NCBI GenBank assembly: GCA_964405235.1
Contig: CAYONG010000135.1
Span: forward strand, 1,346 to 65,345
Source: an uncultured bacterium
GTDB lineage: Bacteria; Eisenbacteria; RBG-16-71-46
DNA length: 64,000 nt
Direction of reading: 5' to 3'
Shown here one piece after another: positions 52,201 through 59,473 of this stretch. The notes under the pieces are model-generated. The model was not told where the DNA came from, did not search any database, and worked only from the letters and a program-made list of their open reading frames with translations. A program made the position numbers and the translations under genes. The first letter of the stretch is position 1. Every line of letters begins with the position of its first letter.

Positions 52201-52311
52201 GGCGTCGATCGGTAGCTGGCGCACGGCCTGGATGCCAAAGAACAGCAGGCCCAGGCAACCCAGGATGACGAGCAACCGCTGGCGCAGCGCGAAGGAGACG
52301 ATGCGTTCCAT
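49243..52311 (-). CDS. czcA: CusA/CzcA-family heavy-metal efflux RND transporter
   Basis: 1022 aa, 12 TM with two large periplasmic loops. The N-terminus is IVSFALRQRLLVILGCLGLLFFGIQAVRQLPIDAFPDVTNVQVQI, and the GIGMIVDGAVVMTEN motif is typical of the HME-RND family. Confidence 0.95.
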   Translation of the reverse strand: MERIVSFALRQRLLVILGCLGLLFFGIQAVRQLPIDAFPDVTNVQVQILAEAPGMAPVEVEQLVTYPIEVSMGGLPDVEQVRSLSKLGLCVVTVAFEDHVNIYFARQLVFERLQQARGKLPPGVEVQLGPISTGLGEIYQYTLESPTRDAMELRTLQDWVVRPILRSVPGVTDVNSFGGFVKQYQVLVRPEQLTSYRLTLRQVLEALAANNTNASGGYIEHHGEQYVVRGLGLARSVEDLGNIVVATHDGTPVYVRNLADVVLGPEPRQGFVTRDGKGEAVAGIVLMLSGASGRDVVAAVKEKVKTVQKALPPDVRLSPFYDRTELVDRAMHTVTKALLEGALLVVITLILFLGNLRSALVVTMVLPLSALVAFIFLKGAGYSANLMSLGGLAIGIGMIVDGAVVMTENIYRHLVEAHGSRNVIEVVRDASREVARPIVFGISIIAVVFLPLFTLEGFEGKMFSPLAFTITAALAGSLVFSLTLVPVAASFLLRGKLSERDTPVVAWCKRAYIAGLRWALAHWRIPVGLTLGAMILSLVLFTRLGREFLPPLDEGAIGLQTFRLPSISLSTSRSIELQVEQILLSFPEIETVVSKTGRAEIASDPMGLEVSDVIANLRPRRFWRTARTSEELVEKIRERLGRVPGATFSFSQPIQLRVDELISGVKAQLAIKIFGDDLDILREQADAVSRAISRVRGVADLNVERVAGTAYLEIQIDRQRIARYGINVADVQDIIETALGGAEATQMREGQRLFAVVVKFAESVRSDPARLSNLLVTASDGTRVPLGQLATIQVVEGPSQVSRENGQRRIVVECNIVGRDIGSFVADAQRAVGRDVPLPPGYFMTWGGQFENQQRAMARLSVVVPIVVLLIFILLFTSFGSLRNAFLIILNLPFALVGGVIGLFLSGQNLSVAASVGFIALFGVAVLNGVVMVTYFNQLRREGASLEEAILKGGELRLRPVLMTALVASLGLIPLLFATGPGSEVQRPLAVVVIGGLVTSTLLTLFVLPILYRWFEHREVEF

Positions 52312-52314
52312 GGG

Positions 52315-53427
52315 TCACTCCTCTCCGAGCTCGCCCTTGAGGGCCTGGGATTTGATGAGGAACGCCCCGTGCACCGCGACCCGCGACCCTGGCAGGAGCC
52401 CCTTCGTGACCTCCACCAGGTCGCCGCCGAGCGCGCGCAACTCCACAGGTCGTGCCACGAACTCCGAGTCGGAGAGCGCCACGAACACGACCTTGCGGCC
52501 GCCCATCTCCTGGACCGCGCCTTCGCTGAGCACGATCGCCTGCCGGGTCGCTCCGGTCGCGATCCGGGCCGAGACGAACATCCCCGGCTTGAGGGCGAGC
52601 CCCGGATTCTCCACCCGAAGCCGCACGCTGAGCGTGCGTGTGGCCTCCTTGATGACCCCCTCGAGACTGCTGACCCGCCCGCCAAAGCTCCGGCCCGGGT
52701 AGGCGGTGGTGATGATCTGAGCGGGCTGGCCCATGCTGAACTTGCCGATATCACCCTCGTACGCCTCGACCACGGCCCACACCTCTGAGAGGTCGGCGAT
52801 GCCGAACAGGTCGGTCCCCGGCGTGACCTGCTTCCCGACCGCAGCTTCGGCCTCCGTGATCACGCCCGCGATGGGACTCCTCAGGAGAAGATAGGGAATC
52901 GACTCCTGGGTTTGGTGCAGGGTCTCCACATCCGCCGCATTCGCGCCCATGACTTCCAGCCGACGATCCGACGAGTGCGCGATGCTCTGGAGCGCTTCAG
53001 CCTCCGGACTGCCCGAAGCCACTGCGCGATCCGCCCGCTCGTGGGCCAGGAGGAAGTCGGACTGCGCGGCCAGGAACTCGGGGCTGTAGATCGTGGCCAG
53101 AGCCTTGCCCCGAAGGACGCGATCGCCCGCAATGGCCGTGACGGCTTGAACGGTGCCGGAGACCCTGGCCGAGACGTGGGCCATCTTGAGAGGGTTGGCC
53201 TGGATCTCGCCCGACACGACCAGGGTGTCAGCCAGAGGACGTACCGGGATGGTCGCGATGCGCACCTCGCCCGCGGCCACGACCGCGGCCGGGACGTGCA
53301 CCAATGTGTCCAAAGCGAAGGCCGCAGCCGGCCCGGCATCCTTCGCCTTGCTGCACCCCATCGAGACTACGGCCAGGAGCGGCAGCATGCCGATCGCGAG
53401 GGAACGGATGAGACTATTCTTCGACAT
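52315..53427 (-). CDS. czcB: RND efflux periplasmic adaptor (CzcB/CusB-like membrane fusion protein)
   Basis: Lipoprotein-like signal (LLAVVSMGCS). Biotinyl-lipoyl, beta-barrel and MP domains are present (G.V..V.V..GD.V..G..LA.I.S). Confidence 0.85.
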   Translation of the reverse strand: MSKNSLIRSLAIGMLPLLAVVSMGCSKAKDAGPAAAFALDTLVHVPAAVVAAGEVRIATIPVRPLADTLVVSGEIQANPLKMAHVSARVSGTVQAVTAIAGDRVLRGKALATIYSPEFLAAQSDFLLAHERADRAVASGSPEAEALQSIAHSSDRRLEVMGANAADVETLHQTQESIPYLLLRSPIAGVITEAEAAVGKQVTPGTDLFGIADLSEVWAVVEAYEGDIGKFSMGQPAQIITTAYPGRSFGGRVSSLEGVIKEATRTLSVRLRVENPGLALKPGMFVSARIATGATRQAIVLSEGAVQEMGGRKVVFVALSDSEFVARPVELRALGGDLVEVTKGLLPGSRVAVHGAFLIKSQALKGELGEE

Positions 53428-53433
53428 GGGTGA

Positions 53434-54699
53434 TCACTCCGCGGTGCCGAGGTCGGTGAGGGCCAGGTGGTAGTTGAGCAGCGCCCGGATGTGTTCCAAT
53501 TGCACGCTGCGGTAGGTCCGAATCGTCTCGAAGAGCTCGAAACCGTCGACCTGCCCGAGCTGAAAGCCGCGCGTAGCCGACTGGATGGCATCCGACACGT
53601 CGGGCAGCAGCTGCCGCTCGAAGCTCTCGACCTGGGCAGACAGGGCGCGAGCGTCCTGGTAGGCGTTGCGGAGCGCCAGGTCGAGCCCCCGCTCCGACGC
53701 GTCTAGCGCAGCCTGGGCTGCGCCTCGCAGCGCCTCGGATTCCTGGATGCGTGCGCTTCGGTCGGTCCAGGGAGCGAAGGGCAGCGTCAGGGCGACCGAG
53801 CCACCGATGCCCGGGCCGCTCGCACCCGGGACCCGGTCCAGGCCCAGAGACACCTCGGGAGTCGGCAGCCGTGCGCTGCGCGCGAGGCTCGTGGCAGCCT
53901 GCTCCCGCTCGACGCTCAATCGGGCCGCTCGCAGGCTGGGTCTCGTTTCGCGGGCACGGGCGAGGATGGCCGCAAGGGTGTCCTCCAGCGCGGCGAAGAC
54001 CAGGGAATCGGCCGGCTCCAGGGGCTCATCGGCCCCTCGAGCCATCAACGCGTTCAGTGTCTGCGTGTCATTGCGCAGCGCCCGCTCGGACTCGATCAGG
54101 TCGTTCTCAAGGCGGGCTCGCTCGGATCGCGCACGCAGCACATCGAGATACCTGGCGCCGCCGGCCTGGAGCCGCACCTTGGTCGCTTCCTCGAGGTCGG
54201 CCACCGTGCTCCGCAGACCTGAGAGCACCCGAAGCGTCGCCCGGTCGGCCTGCAGTCGCCGGTAGGCCCGGGTCACCTCGGCACGTAGACGCAGGAGTCG
54301 CGACTCCCGGGAGGCCTCCACCAGCGCCAGCTCGAGGCGTGCGACACGCCCCGCTCGGCTTCGCTGCACCGGGAGTGGGAATCCCTGCGAGAGTCGAAGC
54401 GATGCCTCCCGCTCCTCACGGCTCACCAGGGTACCGAGCTTGCCGAAGTCGTAGGACAGCGTCGGCGGATCAAACGCCAGCGCCTGCCGCCGCCGTGCTC
54501 TCGCTGCTTCAACCTCGCGGTCTGCCCCCGTGATCTGCGGGCTGCGACGCGCAGCGATGGTCAGACAGGAGTCGAGGGAGAGAACATCGGCGCCGGCCAC
54601 GGCGACCGGCCATGTTGCGGTGGCAACGGAGATGAGTGCTGTCGAGATGAATGCCGGGATGAACGCCAAGGCGCCACCCAAACGGTCGCGTCGCTGCAC
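53434..54699 (-). CDS. czcC: TolC-family outer membrane efflux protein (CzcC-like), full length
   Basis: Signal peptide, two OEP repeats, and the C-terminal LNYHLALTDLGTA. Confidence 0.85.
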   Translation of the reverse strand: MQRRDRLGGALAFIPAFISTALISVATATWPVAVAGADVLSLDSCLTIAARRSPQITGADREVEAARARRRQALAFDPPTLSYDFGKLGTLVSREEREASLRLSQGFPLPVQRSRAGRVARLELALVEASRESRLLRLRAEVTRAYRRLQADRATLRVLSGLRSTVADLEEATKVRLQAGGARYLDVLRARSERARLENDLIESERALRNDTQTLNALMARGADEPLEPADSLVFAALEDTLAAILARARETRPSLRAARLSVEREQAATSLARSARLPTPEVSLGLDRVPGASGPGIGGSVALTLPFAPWTDRSARIQESEALRGAAQAALDASERGLDLALRNAYQDARALSAQVESFERQLLPDVSDAIQSATRGFQLGQVDGFELFETIRTYRSVQLEHIRALLNYHLALTDLGTAE

Positions 54700-54788
54700 G
54701 GATGGACTCCTTCACTGGACGAACAGGGTTGATCGAAGTAAGACCCGGTCGCGCGCTGCGCAGAGAGGCAGCGCGGCAGTGAAGAAGA

Positions 54789-55211
54789 TCAGCAGCGGAG
54801 ATTTACGGTCTGGAGCGCCGATGTTGAGAAGCGGGGGTAAGCGTGGCGGGATCTTTTGCGAGAGTCCTCGGCGGTACGGGCCAGGCAGCCATGCGGAGTC
54901 GCAGCTGTGGCGAGTACGGTGGAGGCGCTCAACTGCTGGAGCTCGTCCTTCGATCCGCTCGCCCGGACAAAAGCGGAGGATCCGAGGGGAAGGTCTGCGC
55001 ACGGCGTGCAGCACCCCTCCGTGTGCACAAGACCTGCATTAGCGGAGCCGTCATCATGATGGGCGGAATCGTCGAGGACGGGGCACCGATCCTGGCCAGA
55101 CTCAATGGCGACGTGGCCACCCGGGGCGATACAGAGTACGAGGGCACTCGGCTGGCTCCAGCCGGTGGCGGCGACCAGGAACAGCGCGCCAAAGCTCCTC
55201 ATAATACGCAT
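54789..55211 (-). CDS. Small secreted His/Cys-containing protein at the head of the czc operon
   Basis: Signal MRIMRSFGALFLVAATGW, then ALVLCIAPGGHVAIESGQDRC...DDSAHHDDG...HTEGCCTPCADL. No family was recognised with confidence. Confidence 0.45.
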   Translation of the reverse strand: MRIMRSFGALFLVAATGWSQPSALVLCIAPGGHVAIESGQDRCPVLDDSAHHDDGSANAGLVHTEGCCTPCADLPLGSSAFVRASGSKDELQQLSASTVLATAATPHGCLARTAEDSRKRSRHAYPRFSTSALQTVNLRC

Positions 55212-55265
55212 AAAAGCGTGCACGTATCTTGGAGTTTAGGCGAGCGCTGCATCAAGCGTCAACGA

Positions 55266-56108
55266 CTAAGCCGAAACGGCTGCCTTCACCCCCGACGCCA
55301 GCACCGCCGGCATGGCGAACTCGACCCCTTCCCCGCGCGCGTGTCGCGCGGCTTCCCTCCGGGCCGCCACCCGGATCGCCGCCAGCGCCTCGGGGGTCTG
55401 CGCCAGCAGCAGCCCGCGCGTGCGCACGCCGCCCTCGAGGAATGCGTCCAGCAGCGCCTCGGGTGCGGGAAGCCGCCAGCGCATCGGTAGCTCCCGGACG
55501 GCGGCGTGTGAGAAGCCGGTCGCCGACAGCACGCGGCGGCACTCGTCGTGGTCGGCGAAGCGGAAGAACGGCGGGCCCTCGGGAAGTACCACGTCCATGC
55601 GGCCGTGCGCCTCGATGGCGTTCAGCACGATCGCGAAGCCCTCGCACTGCTCGGGCGGCGCCCACGCCGTGAACGCGAGACGGCCGCCGGGACGCAGCAC
55701 ACGGTGGGCCTCCGCGATCGCCCGATCGGGGCGCGCGAAGTGGAGCACGCCGAAGTTGATGACCACGGCGTCGAAGACGGCGTCATCGAACGGGAGGTCC
55801 TCCGCATCGCCGGTCCGGAACTCCACGCCCGGTTGGAGGCGCCCCGCCTCCTCGACCATCGCGGCGGCGAAGTCCATCCCGGTCGTGTTCGCGCCGCGCT
55901 TCACCGCCTCGGCGGCGGCGTCACCGGGTCCGCACGCCACGTCGAGCAGGCGTACACCGGGGCCGGCTGCGACGGCGTCGAGCAGCGGGCCGATGGACTG
56001 CGTGGTCAGGGACGAAAAAGCATCCCGATAAGGGAGCGCGACGCTCTCCCAGCCCTTGTGCTCGAAGGCTTTGAAGGCGTCGGTGGAGCGGGGGTCGGGC
56101 TCGGACAT
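55266..56108 (-). CDS. Class I SAM-dependent methyltransferase
   Basis: Motif I LLDVACGPG, and motif post-II FDAVVINFGVLHF...LRPGGRLAF. Confidence 0.85.
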   Translation of the reverse strand: MSEPDPRSTDAFKAFEHKGWESVALPYRDAFSSLTTQSIGPLLDAVAAGPGVRLLDVACGPGDAAAEAVKRGANTTGMDFAAAMVEEAGRLQPGVEFRTGDAEDLPFDDAVFDAVVINFGVLHFARPDRAIAEAHRVLRPGGRLAFTAWAPPEQCEGFAIVLNAIEAHGRMDVVLPEGPPFFRFADHDECRRVLSATGFSHAAVRELPMRWRLPAPEALLDAFLEGGVRTRGLLLAQTPEALAAIRVAARREAARHARGEGVEFAMPAVLASGVKAAVSA

Positions 56109-56162
56109 GACCCCGGCATGATAGCCGGTATCCCGGTCGGGATCCGATCCCCACCGATCAGG

Positions 56163-56669
56163 TCAGAACGCCACGCCTGCCGTCCAGCGGAGGACCTCGA
56201 AAAACTGGCCGGAGCGGAAGAGGAGCTGGGCGTCCATCGCGAGCCTCAGCCTCGCCCCTTCGCCGCGACCCATGTCCGCGCCGAACCCGACCATCGTACC
56301 GCCGGATGCGTTCGACGCCCCCCGGGAGGTGTCATGGCGGAGAAGCAACATGACATGCACGAACGGGGACGCCATGACTCCGCTCTGCTCCCAGCGTGGC
56401 CCGGCGGCGGCGGTCACCGTTCTGAGGCCCTCGTCACGATGGTAGGCGAAGTCGCCCTCGAATCCGATCCGCTGAGTGGCGCTCGAAGCCGACAGCCGGT
56501 GAGTGGCGCTCGAAGCGGACAGACTGATCCCCAATGGGGCCACACCCCCGCCCGTCTCCAGATAGAGCGCGAGCGAGTATCCGATCGCGATCGTCGAGGT
56601 CTTCTCCTGGGCGACCACCGGGGCGACCACCACGACACTCAGCAGCATCACCGCAAGGACCTTCCGCAC
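56163..56669 (-). CDS. Outer-membrane beta-barrel protein (small)
   Basis: Signal MRKVLAVMLLSVVVVAPVVAQ, alternating strands, and a C-terminal ...WTAGVAF aromatic terminus. It contains an in-frame 27-bp tandem duplication. Confidence 0.6.
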   Translation of the reverse strand: MRKVLAVMLLSVVVVAPVVAQEKTSTIAIGYSLALYLETGGGVAPLGISLSASSATHRLSASSATQRIGFEGDFAYHRDEGLRTVTAAAGPRWEQSGVMASPFVHVMLLLRHDTSRGASNASGGTMVGFGADMGRGEGARLRLAMDAQLLFRSGQFFEVLRWTAGVAF

Positions 56670-56823
56670 CGGATACCCCCTTTAGGTCCGAGGGATTCCG
56701 ACCGCACCGATCGCCGGGGAGTCGAGGCGGCCATGCGAGAGCGCGTTGACGGCGCTCATCGTGCGGAAGTCTAGTCCCGGCTGTCGGGCTCAACCAGCGT
56801 TTTCCGCCGGTTCTCCGCGCCTC

Positions 56824-58104
56824 CTAGAACTGCTGCTCTTCGGTCGAGTCCTTGAGCGCCGCGGTGGAGAGCTGGCCGTCGGCGATCGTCTTCGCCACGT
56901 CGTCGAAGTAGCCGGTGCCGACGAAGCTCTGGTGCTTGACCGCCGCGTAGCCGTGCGGGTTGTTGAGAGCGAACTCGCGGTCCTGCAGCTTCGCGTAGGC
57001 CGACATGCCGCTCTCGCGATACTCACGCGACAATTCGAACATCCCGAGGTTGAGCGAGTGAAAACCCGCCAGGGTGACGAACTGGAACGCATAGCCCATC
57101 TCGCCCAGTTCCTTCTGGAACCTGCCGATGGTCGCGGCATCGAGGTGTTTGGACCAGTTGAACGAGGGCGAGCAATTGTAGGCCAGCAGCTTGTCGGGGT
57201 AGCGGGCGTGGATCGCCTCGGAGAAGGCGCGCGCCTCGTCGAGGTCGGGCGTTGACGTCTCGCACCAGATGAGATCGGCGTAAGGCGCGTAGGCGAGCCC
57301 GCGCGCGATCGCCGCTTCGAGCCCGCCCCGCACGTCGTAGAAACCCTCGGGCGTGCGCTCGCCGGTGAGGAACCCGCGGTCGCGGGAGTCGGAATCGCTG
57401 GTGATGAGCCGGGCGCTGCCGGCGTCGGTGCGCGCCACCAGCACGGTGGGCACATCCAGGATGTCGGCCGCGAGCCGAGCCGCGCACAGCTTGCGGATGA
57501 ACTCCTGGGTCGGGACCAGCACTTTGCCGCCCATGTGGCCGCACTTCTTGGCCGAAGCGAGCTGGTCCTCGAAGTGGACGCCGGCAGCCCCCGCCTCGAT
57601 CATCGCCTTCATCAGCTCGAAGGCGTTGAGGTCGCCGCCAAAGCCGGCCTCGGCGTCGGCGACGATCGGGGCGAACCACTCGACCTTGCCGCCGCGACCC
57701 TCCATGTGATCGATCTGGTCGGCGCGCTGGAGCGCGTGGTTGATGCGACGCACCACCGCGGGCACGCTGTCCACCGGATAGAGGCTCTGGTCCGGATACA
57801 TCTGTCCGGCGCTGTTGGCGTCGGCCGCCACCTGCCAACCGCTGAGATAGATGCCCTTGAGCCCCGCCGCCACCTGCTGCACCGCCTGGTTGCCGGTGAG
57901 CGCGCCGAGCGCCCGCACCGGCGGCTCGTGGGTCAGCAGGTGCCAGAGCCGCTCGGCGCCGCGGCGGGCGAGCGAGTGCTCGATGTGCACCGTGCCGCGC
58001 AGACGCATGACGTCGCCCGCCGTGTAGCTGCGATGGATACCCTGCCAGCGCGGGTCAGATGCCCACGAACGCTGGATCTCTTCGGCGCTGCGTTGGTGCG
58101 ACAT
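56824..58104 (-). CDS. aceA: Isocitrate lyase
   Basis: Catalytic loop KKCGHMGGK, plus WQVAADAN.., DAEAGFGG and SPSFNW. 426 aa from MSHQRSAEE. Confidence 0.95.
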   Translation of the reverse strand: MSHQRSAEEIQRSWASDPRWQGIHRSYTAGDVMRLRGTVHIEHSLARRGAERLWHLLTHEPPVRALGALTGNQAVQQVAAGLKGIYLSGWQVAADANSAGQMYPDQSLYPVDSVPAVVRRINHALQRADQIDHMEGRGGKVEWFAPIVADAEAGFGGDLNAFELMKAMIEAGAAGVHFEDQLASAKKCGHMGGKVLVPTQEFIRKLCAARLAADILDVPTVLVARTDAGSARLITSDSDSRDRGFLTGERTPEGFYDVRGGLEAAIARGLAYAPYADLIWCETSTPDLDEARAFSEAIHARYPDKLLAYNCSPSFNWSKHLDAATIGRFQKELGEMGYAFQFVTLAGFHSLNLGMFELSREYRESGMSAYAKLQDREFALNNPHGYAAVKHQSFVGTGYFDDVAKTIADGQLSTAALKDSTEEQQF

Positions 58105-58200
58105 GGGATCGCTCTCTCTGCGGGGGTCACGGACGGGCAACGCGGTGCCCGCCCACGGCTGCGGTCGGTCTCCCAGCTATCGGCAGGATGGCAGCGTGGC

Positions 58201-58899
58201 TTAAGCGCGGGACTCCGGATCCCAGAACGCACCCAGGAGCCCCACGGTCGCGAAGATCTCCCGCATCTCCTCGGGTCGCGACCTGCGCCACGTGGCTTGG
58301 AGGCGGGTCGTGAACCACGCGAGGGCGAGCCCCCACAGTTGGTCCATCCGTACGAGCGGTCGCACCGGGGCGCCCCTGGCATCGCACCATTCGCGAACCC
58401 GTTCTTCCGACCGGAAGAAGAGCATGGTGCTTCAGGTGAAAACGACGTCGTCCCACCAAAGGGCGGCCGGCAACAGGCAGTGGAACAGCCAGTCCGAGCG
58501 CTGGAGGCCGGTCGCGGAAACCTCGAGGCGCAGGGGCTCGAACGACTGTCCGCACCGGGACTGGATGCTCGCCGGCTTCCCGAGGGCGGCGGGAATACCG
58601 AGCGCGTCCCATGCGCAGTTGGCGAAATAGGAGACCCCTCCGGCATTCACGACATGCTCGGTCGGAACACCCGAGAACGGGGCCGCCATCCGGATCGAGG
58701 CCTCATCCGGCTCGAGCACGAGAATTCGCTGGTCCCGGAGCCGGCGAATAGCCTCGAGCACGGTGGGGACATCTGCCGCCACCTGGGCCGCCGTCTGCTC
58801 CGGTGACGGGCGGCCACCCGTCGCGACGAAGTGCCGGTAGACGGCGAGCCTGACCTGGAGGTCCAGATCCGCAGGCGTGGGGTCGAACGTGGTGCTCAT
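58201..58899 (-). CDS. MerB-family (alkylmercury-lyase-like) protein with a single in-frame TGA (58434-58432) at the catalytic-Cys159-equivalent position. It is either a candidate selenoprotein (232 aa including U) or a nonsense-disrupted gene.
   Basis: The track splits it into 58432..59091 and 58201..58425. Both are in the same frame, separated only by TGA-AGC-ACC. YFANCAWDALGIPAALG aligns to MerB YAWCALDTLIFPALIG (C96/D99). VFT-TGA-STMLFFRSEERVREW aligns to SFCCHVHFFASVPTAEDW (C159). Confidence 0.7.
58384..58429 (-). promoter_or_regulatory. SECIS-like RNA stem-loop directly downstream of the in-frame UGA
   Basis: The mRNA reads UGA-A-[GCACCAU]-GCUC-[UUCUUCC-GGUC-GGAAGAA]-CGGGUUCGCGA-[AUGGUGC]. 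The upper stem is a perfect 7 bp (58419-58413 pairs with 58408-58402). The lower stem is also 7 bp (58429-58423 pairs with 58390-58384). The upper stem begins 12 nt after the UGA. Confidence 0.5.
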
Positions 58900-58900
58900 G

Positions 58901-59473
58901 CTATGAACACCCATCGGGGCCGGCCGGATCGACGGCGGGCCGCGCAAGGCGGTAGGTCCACTCGTCGCTGGCGCGTCCCTTGAAAAAGTCCGCGTTCGGT
59001 CGGAACCCCTCGCGCTTGAATCCGAGGCGCTCGAGCAGCCGGATCGAGGGCCGATTGCGCGTGTCCACCTCGGCCACGATCCCGGTGACACCGCCCGCCT
59101 CGAACAGCGCCCGGATCACCGGGCGGCAGGCCTCGGTCGCGATGCCTTGTCGCCAGAACGCCGGGCCGATCTCGTAGGCGAGGTGCGCGCTGGCATCCTG
59201 GCGGATCGTCACCTCGACCCGGCCCACGCAGCGGCCGTCCGACTTCGAGCGCACGACCCAGTTGAGCCACCACTCGTCTTCCTTCGCCGACCGCCGGGTC
59301 TCGAGGCGCTCGTATCGTGCGGTGAGCGCCTCCAGCGTCGCGGGCGGATCGTGTGGGAGGTAGCGGTAGAGCCGCTCGTCCGAGAGGACCTCGAACAGTT
59401 CGGCGGCGTGGGCGCCCCGCAGCGGCTCGAGGTGGAGGCGTTCGGTCTCGTATCGAGTCTCGCCGATTTCCAT
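58901..59473 (-). CDS. GNAT-family N-acetyltransferase (RimJ/RimL-like)
   Basis: The pattern WW...VR...G..VG.V.......A.LAYEIGP.FWRQGIATEA.......F is typical of Acetyltransf_3. Its start overlaps the aceB stop by 1 nt, and its stop is 1 nt before the merB-like ATG. Confidence 0.85.
   Translation of the reverse strand: MEIGETRYETERLHLEPLRGAHAAELFEVLSDERLYRYLPHDPPATLEALTARYERLETRRSAKEDEWWLNWVVRSKSDGRCVGRVEVTIRQDASAHLAYEIGPAFWRQGIATEACRPVIRALFEAGGVTGIVAEVDTRNRPSIRLLERLGFKREGFRPNADFFKGRASDEWTYRLARPAVDPAGPDGCS

Noticed and set aside
58432-58434. The simple reading of the TGA as the genuine stop of a 155-aa protein, followed by an independent 74-aa gene.
   Set aside because: Neither half is a complete MerB fold. 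The second 'gene' would begin 6 nt after the stop with no RBS. Together, the two halves align collinearly to MerB. The real alternatives are selenocysteine or a pseudogene, as discussed in the findings.
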